Under the pieces are notes generated by a model. That model was not told the DNA's origin. It did no database searches and saw only the letters and a program-made list of their open reading frames with translations. From contig NW_021831731.1 of the NCBI RefSeq assembly GCF_006345805.1, forward strand, positions 62,001 to 126,000: a stretch of DNA of 64,000 nt. The letters are read 5' to 3'. The position numbers were made by a program, and so were the translations under genes. Source of the DNA: Octopus sinensis. Taxonomy: Eukaryota. This document shows, one piece after another, positions 54,882 through 64,000 of the stretch (positions are counted from its first letter, which is position 1; every line of letters begins with the position of its first letter).

Positions 54882-55808
54882 ATTACATCAACATATCTAT
54901 TAACGGGAAAAAGAAAGAAAGCATTAAGCCATCGGGAAGCCCATAAAATACACCTTGAACTGCTGGAGTGAGCTGGAGGTATGGAAACATATGTACTCTT
55001 TCCTCGAATTGTCTATGCAAACATGTCTGATATAGATTTTAACTGAACAATACCAACTTTTTCAGCAACAAGGTCCAGTCTCTGTTCCTTCTTTAGTTAG
55101 TGTTATTTCGCAATACTACACAGTGGCTGTGTGAGCTACGAAATCCTCGTCGCCACTGTTATATCGCAAGTTCGAATGACCTGCTCAACTCTGACGTCTA
55201 GACTTCTCCCTCTATATCTATGTATTGGACTAGCCTACTTCATCGTCTGGGGGCGTCCACACAACAGTTAGTATGGTCAAACTCTTTTGATACCAACCCA
55301 TGTGATACCTTCCATTGTTCTATGATACAAACTTCCTGTTTCAAAGTGATTTAAATTAAAACATTCTATCAAAATTCCAATTTATATTTCAAGCATTAAC
55401 TTAAGGACATACTGATTTTATTAAATTCTTTATCATTTTTATAATTAATTGAAACAAAGTGTACTTCAACTGAAATATAAGAAAAGGGTTAAAAACCTAA
55501 GCAAACAACACATTTCAAATAGTCTGTTATGCTATTCAAATATTTATTGATATTTTTGTTACCTTGTCATTCAGTTTATATAAGTTTTCCGCACTGCTAT
55601 AAACCACACTTAACTGTAAAGACACCATATTACTAATATCTAACTAATATTCTAATTTTTCAGACTGTTAACCTCATTTTACAAATGAAATTCATTTTTA
55701 ATAAATGCATCTACGTATGCAAATATAATTTTATGAACAAGAACTCATTTCAGACATTTATATATTTAATCATACTAACAGAAACGTTTCCCTTCAGTTG
55801 ATATATAC

Positions 55809-55839
<31 letters not shown>

Positions 55840-55872
55840 CAATATATTATATATATATACATACATACATAA

Positions 55873-55945
<73 letters not shown>

Positions 55946-56892
55946 ATATATGTACATTTATCTATCTATACGCATATATTTATATATATATATACTTTAT
56001 ATGAGAGAAAATATTGCTAGGCAGCGATACAGGAGGCAGGCAATATATACATTTGTCTGTTAGAAAACGGCTCTCTTTCTATTCCATTTCTTCAGAGGTG
56101 GTTAAGTGGAAGTATGAGACGTGAGATATTTTGGAAAGTTATAATAAGTGATGATAGGGTGGTAGTGGTGGTGACAGTGTTTCGATTGCATATACAGATA
56201 TATTTACGTTAGTATGTAGGAATATCTATATAGACTTACATTACGATATATAATTATATTTCATAGGTAGCTTCATTATAATAAGGCTATCTACATGTTA
56301 ATAAACAACTAGTTCTTTTGAAATATCTCAAACAGCAATAACTTCCATTACATGCGACATAACATAATAGATATTGTCCTCGGGTTTGAGAATGAACGAA
56401 GTAAGATGTTTCAACGTCTTTAGTTGATATAATAAACTGATTAAGATAAACAAAAATAAGCTGAGTGTGAATGCATATGATGCACTTGATGTTATTTAGA
56501 ATAAATTCTTCACAAATATTTATAAAGTTTGGTACTATATATTTAGTGTACTAAGGCAGTAACTTCGATATGTCTGAATATTCAGAAAAAGAAAAGGAAC
56601 AAGACAAAAAGACTAAAACAATAAAAAACCAAATAATAACATTTAGCAAGATAATAAGATAAATATGTAGTTCAAAATATTTCAATGACAAACTAGTAAT
56701 GTGCAAATAGAAACAAGTTCTTTATTCGCCTGTAAACACACGTGCTTTCTACGTTAATATCGAACAGTAAGAATGAGTGCTTACACCGCATTGATCGATA
56801 AATATTCTTTGTTCGTGGGGTAACCACAAATAAAGTATGTATATACATATATACACGAATGAGTGGACAAATGAAAAAAAGAGAAGTCACAT

Positions 56893-58510
56893 GTATTAAT
56901 ATTTAATAAGAGTCTGATTCGGCTCCATGTAACTTAAAGCTTTGTAGTTTCGTCATACGAACCCAGCTCGTCAGGCTTCGACGACAGAATGGACAGATGG
57001 AGTGAGTTTAAGATGGTTACTTAAAATTGGGCCGCTATTGGTGAAGGCGGGTCACCTGGTGTTGTTGATATTGGTATTGGAATATCAGCAACATCAAATA
57101 GAAACCTCATTCTATATTTCTCGGACCGCGTGGTTTGATAGGTTGTTGGTGCCACCTCGCTGTCAAGAAAGTGAAGGTAAGAATCTTTAGCAATACCAGC
57201 TACCTGTGTGCGCAACTGCTGCTTGAGTGCGTGAGTAAGCGTATCTGGTGCGTATGGGTATGTATCTGATGTATGCGTGCGTGTGCGTGTGTGCATGTCC
57301 GTGTGATTTTACAGTATCAGCTCATTAGTGTGCACTACGTGTGTGCTTTGGTGCATGTATCTGGCGCGTGCGTACGTGTGCATGTGTATCAGCTGTGTGC
57401 GTGAGCGTGTGTGCTCGTATACGTATGTTAGTGTCTGCTATTTCTGCGTATGTGTGCGTACGTGCTGGTTTGTGTGTGTGTTTGTGTGTGTGTGTTCATG
57501 TGTGCATACACGTGCACGTGAGTATTTGCCATATGTGTGTATATGTGCGTACGTTTTTTGGGATGCATATATAAGTGTGTGTACATATGAATGTGTCTGA
57601 TATGCGTGAATATGCGCATTTCTATATTTGTATGTGTATGTAAGAGTATCTTCATGAAGGGACGTAAGTTTATACCTGGTTTGTGTATATGTATACCTCT
57701 AGTATTTGTGTGTTCGCGAGCACGTCTAGTGTGTGCACACGTGGGATTTAAGTATAACGTTGTGGGTGGGCTGATGTACTGGTATGTTGAGCTTGGTGCC
57801 ACACGGTGGAATCAGCGGCATTGATTGGGGTAACCAGATTTGATGCTGGGCTAAGATTTGCTGGTGCTAGGGAAGAAAGGGAAGCATATATACATATACA
57901 TACATGTATGTGTAACGTATACACATACATATAAAAAGGCAATCATGGAAGATTACAGAAAATACATAAGGCTAGAAAGTCAGTCTGTGGTCTGTACGTG
58001 CAGCGGATGTTAGCTACCCTCCCTTGCTTGTAGGGCAGCTAGTCCGAAAGTTGGCTACCTGGGTTGTCAGCGGACAATGGCTTGAAGCAAACTAGAAAGG
58101 CGCACCGGTTGTGTCAACAATATGACAGCTCATTTTTCTGTTGATGGATACAACTGGTTGGTGGAGAATATGCAGTTTTTCATTAAGTTGGAGCTGGTAA
58201 TTGTAGGCACCGTATGAGTAAGATGATTCGCTGTCAATGATGGTCCATTCGATGTTGGATGAGTCATTTAAGAAGTTCCGAAGTCTCCAGATAAAGCGAT
58301 AGAAAAAGATGGAGTTGTCGGTATCCCGTGTAGTGCCTTGTGATGCCATCGGATGGTGCAAGGGTGGCTTTGTAGACCACAGCCCTTGAGAGGTAGGAAC
58401 AAACGAAATTACAGTTTGATTCGCCTCCATGCAATTCTAAGTTCCGTTGGATCGTCAAGCTAAACTTTAAGCTGCATGGAACCGAATCAAATTGTTATTA
58501 AATAATATAT
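56893..58510 (-). mobile_element. Penelope-like element remnant with inverted terminal repeats
   Basis: ~55-bp imperfect inverted repeats at both ends, GIY-YIG remnant at 58092-58430, and hammerhead-like CTGACGA...GAAAC at 56937-56979. Confidence 0.7.
58092..58430 (-). pseudogene. Penelope-type GIY-YIG endonuclease remnant
   Basis: AVVYKATL...RHYTG, IWRLRN...IEWTII...SYSYG...LQLNEKLHIL...INRK, matching the Penelope EN C-terminal pattern. Frameshifted. Confidence 0.72.
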
Positions 58511-60229
58511 ACATACAGACATATACAAGCATGCATGCATACATAGATACATACATCAATGTATGCATACATACGTACATGTATACATAGAAACACGTCG
58601 TGAACTGAGGTACATTTGACGTGGGAAACTATTCATCTAGTATTAATTCTACAATTATAGGTTTTGTGTAATAATTACGTATTCTTCTGATCAAATTCAT
58701 AGAAGTTACCTTTAATTCAAGATTATAGTGATATAGAGATCCGTTTCAAGCAACATTGCTAGACACGACAATATCAGTAATAACACAAAAGAAAAAAAAG
58801 AACAAAAAGAACCGCTGCCAAAGAACAGAATTTTAATTGAAACCGAAATTACAAAGTACATTTTTCTTGGAGTTATGAACTAAAAATATCTTACCTAATT
58901 TCTATAAAATTTGTTCATATATCTGTTGGTTATATGAACAAAATGAAAATACATTGGGACGGGAGTTACTCAGAGATGAATAATTTTACGGAAATCTAAC
59001 GAATATCAATAAGATAATGAACAAGATGAATATAGCACGACGATCGTGAACAAACGGTCACGGTAATGAATGTGATCAGAAGAATAATTAGTTATTTTAC
59101 ACGGTTGGTATATTGAGCATTAATGTTGGATTGTTTATTGTAAAGTCAATGAATAAGTTCCCGTGTCAATGAGCAACATTTGTTGAAGGCAAAATGACGG
59201 TTGATGATTATAATCTTATCCCCCAAAGTGTGAACGGTGAACAAATAACAGCAAAAGAACATATTCCTAGAATACACATGTCAACACCACGTGTGACAAC
59301 AGACCTGATTGCGATTGTTACTATGTTATCTCGCAGTAAGGCTGGTCTTCTACATCTATCTAACATTGACTTTGGCCGAAATCACAATAATTAGCACATT
59401 CAAAGGTGGCGCGCTAAAATTTTAAGCAGCCGAAATGTATTCTCAAATGTTTTAATTCTCATAAACAAAAATTCAAAATGAATGAAAACATATGGAGATA
59501 CTAAAAAGAGAACACCTGAATGTAAATTGACCTTAAACAGGTATAAAAAAAAACACTTCAGCAATGAATGCTACCCGCAACCTGGGTTGAATGAACGTAT
59601 ATCGTATAAAGTAACGATTAGCCAGGGAATATAAAACTCAGATAAAATGATTTGGCTCTCAGAGCCTGCATGCAATAAATTAGTGACTCACAACGTGTGT
59701 CTCAAACCAGCAGTGGTTCTAAAATCTGGATTACTCAGTAGTGAAATGAGATTCGGACCATTGATCTTAAAACCCCAAAACTATTAACTGTCTCGAGAAA
59801 TTTCCTCATTAATATTTTGGGCAATATATTGACCTTCTATTGGCCCAAACGAACACAAAGTGATACAGGATTAATATCGATTCAAACAAGCTTTGAATGT
59901 CGCTTCATATCTCTTGAATAACATTTACCAAATATCATTCATCGAATAGAATCCAGGGACCAAATCTACAAAAGAAAAAAAAGAGGAAAATGGGATAAAA
60001 GAGGCAAAGAAGCTGTTAAGTAATTATTCCCTGATCGGCTACCGGGAAAGTTCCACAGCTCTACCATAACAACATCCGATAAAATTCTCCTGCATGTCAC
60101 GTATGGTTAAATTGTAAGAAAGTTTCAGAGTACCAGTAACATAGACAACCAAAGTACTCTATCTTGGACTAACAACCCTTATACATTATTTACATTTGAC
60201 GGGTATTTGTCCTCATCATGTTTGTTGTT

Positions 60230-60275
60230 AACACGACGTTTCGGCTGATATACCCTCCAGTCTTCATCAGGTGTC
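60230..60275 (-). ncRNA. Minimal type-I hammerhead ribozyme (canonical core)
   Basis: Minus strand: GACAC-CTGATGA-A-GACTG-GAGGGTATAT-CAGCC-GAAAC-GTC-GTGTT. Stem I 5 bp, GUC cleavage triplet, one mismatch in stem II. Confidence 0.75.
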
Positions 60276-60485
60276 TTGGGGAAATTTCGAACTTAAGGTA
60301 TTTTTCGATGTTGTTATTATTATTATCGGAATCTTGGGGTTAGTAGCCCGCGTTCTTTAACACTACGCCATATGCCCGTGGCCATATACAACCCTTATAT
60401 TAACTCTTAAATCAAAGACTTTGGTTTTGAATTCCTGGAACAAGAAACAACAAAATAACTGCGGTACAAAACGAAAGGGTATGTA

Positions 60486-61747
60486 CGAAGGTCGACTGAA
60501 AAGTTTATAGCTGACAAAGATACTCATGGAATATGACTAAGTGAGGTTTAATTTTTAACAGTTTCCCTTGCAGTCCACGCACTCCTTCCATCGGTGGTGC
60601 AGTGCTTGGATTCCATTGGCGAAGAAGCTTTCATATTGTTGGTAAAACAAGTCATCAACAGCAGATGTAACGTTATCATCACTGCCATACTGGTTCCCAT
60701 CTAAATGTATTTTCATATTGTGGAAATTTTGATAGCCAGCTGGGGCCAGATCAGGAGAATAGGGAGGCTGATCAACAAATTCGGTCACTGTCACGCACAG
60801 CAGCCATTGAAAATGAGGACTTGTGTGCTGGAGCACTGTCCTGAAGAAATAAAATTCCTTTCGTCAGTTTTCCTGGACGTCTGGTTTTGATAGCCTTTCG
60901 TAATAGCCTCAACAATTTCACATAGTACTCTCCATTGATGGTGTGGTCCTTTCGAAGACAGTCAATAAACTTAATGCTTTTTGCACCCTAAAATCTGAGG
61001 CCATCATCTTCATTGCTGATGAAACAACCTTGACCTTCTTTGGAGCAGGTGAGGGGTGTGTTTCCACTGCAATGATTATCTCTCTCTCTGGCCCAAAATG
61101 ACGATCCCATCACTCATCCTGGCTTAGGAAACATTCAAGGAAACCAGCTGGATTTACCTCAAACAATATTAGATTTTCTCGTGATGGGATCAGCTTGGTA
61201 CGTTTTTAATGAGGTGTCAGAAAACGTGACAGTCGCCGAGCAGAAAACATCGTCATACCAAGTTCATTGTGCAGAATATTCTCAAATCTCTCACGGGATA
61301 TACCAATAAAATCGCCTGTATTCCATCATCATGTAGTGAACATAATCAACGTTTCTCTCAGTGTTGGCAGTTGCAGGATGTCCAGACGTTGGGTCATTAC
61401 CAAAACACTTCCTTTCCCTCTTAAATTCAGATGCTCACTTTTGAACTGTCGATAAGGCACTTTTGAACTGTCGATAATTTAGTAACTATGTCAGCACAAC
61501 TGTCCATCGTGGATAACCATTTTTCTGCAGGTACATGATAATACCACGATTGCAAATTTTATCCATTTTCAAAAAAAGTCGCAACTAGTTATTTTTGAAG
61601 TGTTCTTTGAGTAGTCAGATGTCAATTTACTTGAGAAGGAACAATATAGTTATTAATAAAAGGAGGATGAAATTAATGCATGCAAGATTTCACAGCTCTA
61701 GCATCACTCCTGTATAGTCAGGCTATGAACTTTTCGGTCCACCCTCG
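60486..61747 (-). mobile_element. Old decayed mariner element
   Basis: Diverged ~30-bp TIRs CGA(A/G)GGT(C/G)GAC(T/C)GAAAAGTT, TA-flanked. PPYSPDLAP and GIQALHHRWKECV motifs. Confidence 0.9.
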
Positions 61748-63089
61748 TAAGTAAAGCACCTTGATGTGACAACTGATGCACATTCTTTAGAATTATCACC
61801 GAACATATAAGCCACATTATCGGCAGCTGTCTGAAGATACTACAATACTGTTTACTTATGAGGCCTTTATATTGTGTCCAAAACAATGTACAATGCAATC
61901 AGTAAACAAGATAATCCTGAAGGTCAAAGTATAAGGATTTAGTTTTGTAGAGAGTATACTCGCTCATAATATAAAAAATACTGGTGGAGTATTCCTGTCA
62001 AAAGCTCTATAAAATGTAAGCTCAACAAACCAGACATAATGATTCGGAGCAGGAAGGAAGCTAAAGAAGAAATTAATTATCCTCTTGACGTTAACATGTT
62101 AGAGATAAAAAATAAAAATAAAAATAGAACGCTTTTACCAAATTAATGAGAAATCTGCGGATGTTACACATGGACTTTAGTTTTATATATACATACATTC
62201 TTGTATACATATGTAACTATATACATACATTAAAGCACACTTACTCTGTATTGCAATAAATAGATACGTAATCCATCTATCCATGCTTACGTATATTGTT
62301 TCTATTGCAACGAGCCGCCGTCATGATATTAATGAAAGTATTTAATAAAACTTTATTGTAAACAGACTAAAACTGATGAAAGATTATTAATTACATCATG
62401 TAATGGAAAATATGGTAATAGAAACTTTCTTATTCCACCAAGTCAGAAATCCATACAGCTTTTGCTCTTTAGTAACTTGATCGGTTGACTGATAAACTTA
62501 CAATTAAAAACATTCCTACAATGACCACTCCATCTTGCGCCCCCACCGAACTATATTATTCAATATGCCCATGTATGTTTTTTACACGGTTGAGTGATAT
62601 TTGAGAGAAATTTCGTAGCTGTTTTATTTAAACAGGACTATAGAAGAAATCCCCTTCACTTATATCATAACTAGAAAAAACCTTATCAAGAATTAGGCAA
62701 TTACAAAGGAATCTTAACAGAAATCAATCCCAATTATCAACTTGGACTATTTCTGAAGAAAACAGGAAACGTTTGGGTGTCACGTAATCCATCTATTCAC
62801 GCTTACGTATATTGTTTCGAGCCGCTATCGTGGTATCATGGACAACATTTTAGAAACTCCTAATTTATATTATCTTAACATGTATGCCCTTTTAGATGAA
62901 AAGGTTTTAGTTAAATTGATCACATTACCAATGGGGGAACCTGTAACAAAATCTCCTCCAAATCACGCTCTATCACCATGAAAAAGGAAAGGCATTGGAT
63001 AAAGTTATCTAGGACATGGAATACCTGAGAAAAAAAAGATGGAATAATCATAAATATAGTATCCCATCCTCAAGAAAGGAAACTTCTCC

Positions 63090-63930
63090 GATATCCTTAA
63101 GGTAATGGAATCAAATATTTACAACAATGTCCTTTCATAACTTTAATCTTTCTCTCCCCCTTAATAACCATCAGTAAAGTTTCCTTAAAGCCTGCTCCGC
63201 TACTGACCACTCTTCTCTGTTGCTTACCACTAGACTATTGCCATGAAGGAATTTGGTGAAGGTCATACTGTAGCCTTCGATATCAGCAAAGTTTTCATTC
63301 GTGTTTCGCATGTGAAAATCTTATGGGAACTTCCCGCCTAAGAGCTCAACCCTCTCTCATCTCATGGCTGGGTAACTTTCTGTTGGAGTGCACTGTGGCC
63401 GCGTAAGTTGACTGGGCCCTTTCTGTCTTCCTATCAGTTTCAGGGTGCCCTAGGGTTCGAGTTTAATCCATCACCACTTTTTTCCTTCTGTACATCAACG
63501 GCTTACTTGCTGCCACATTCAGCAACACCTACTCCTACGCAAATAACACTGCTCTTCCTTCATTCCTAATATTCTTCAAACATGTAAACTCCATTCTAAA
63601 CCTAATAACCACATGCTAAACACACGTAAACTCTATAAACAGAGACCAACCTCGAAAGCATCAGACTTTGTCTTTTTTGATAGCAAGAAAGCATATATCG
63701 TGTTTGGATAAAAAAAAAGTATCATTTCACCTCACTCTGTAATCACGAGCAACACTCAGCTAGAACACTCAAATTTTCTCTAGTTGTTGGATCTCATTAT
63801 CACCGAGTATCTGTCTTGGTGAAAGCACATCATTAACATAAGATCGCATTCTAGTGAAATACCCTTCTCTTTAGAGCTAGAAAATAATTCATTCTCCAAC
63901 GCACAGACACTCTATACTGCATTCTAAAGA
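63090..63930 (+). mobile_element. Decayed CR1/Jockey-group LINE RT
   Basis: VAFDISKVFIRVSH (DISKAFDRV), GVP*GS (GVPQGS) and SYANNT (YADD) in order. Confidence 0.8.
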
Positions 63931-64000
63931 GAGTTTTGTCGCTGACTGATATAAAATTATTCACAGAAACTCTAACCTCTGGTTCGCCGGCATGCTGTCT

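Noticed and set aside
61436-61477. 20-bp tandem duplication inside the old mariner
   Set aside because: An ordinary post-insertion decay event.

Overview
This is AT-rich, gene-poor eukaryotic DNA, intronic or intergenic, saturated with microsatellites ((TA)n, (CA)n, (TATG)n, (TATC)n, (TAG)n, (TAA)n) and transposable elements. The SINE families and repeat density suggest an octopus/coleoid cephalopod genome (inference). Almost all ORFs in the supplied track are microsatellite artefacts. Real content: four TIR-bounded Tc1/mariner elements (a DD34D mariner pseudogene, a DD37D maT pseudogene, an open-frame IR/DR DD34E Tc1, and an old mariner relic); RTE, Tx1/L1-like, R4/Dong-like and CR1/Jockey-like LINE fragments; three tRNA-derived SINE families; and Penelope-like remnants. 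Most notable observations: (1) a Tx1-like LINE whose four independently truncated copies all sit in (TATC)n tracts, suggesting tetranucleotide-specific targeting; (2) about 9 minimal type-I hammerhead ribozyme motifs in short non-coding elements, with recurring core variants; (3) a full-length Tc1 with an uninterrupted transposase; (4) a perfect 27-bp hairpin and several longer inverted repeats. No host gene is securely identified, and two weak candidate exons are flagged.
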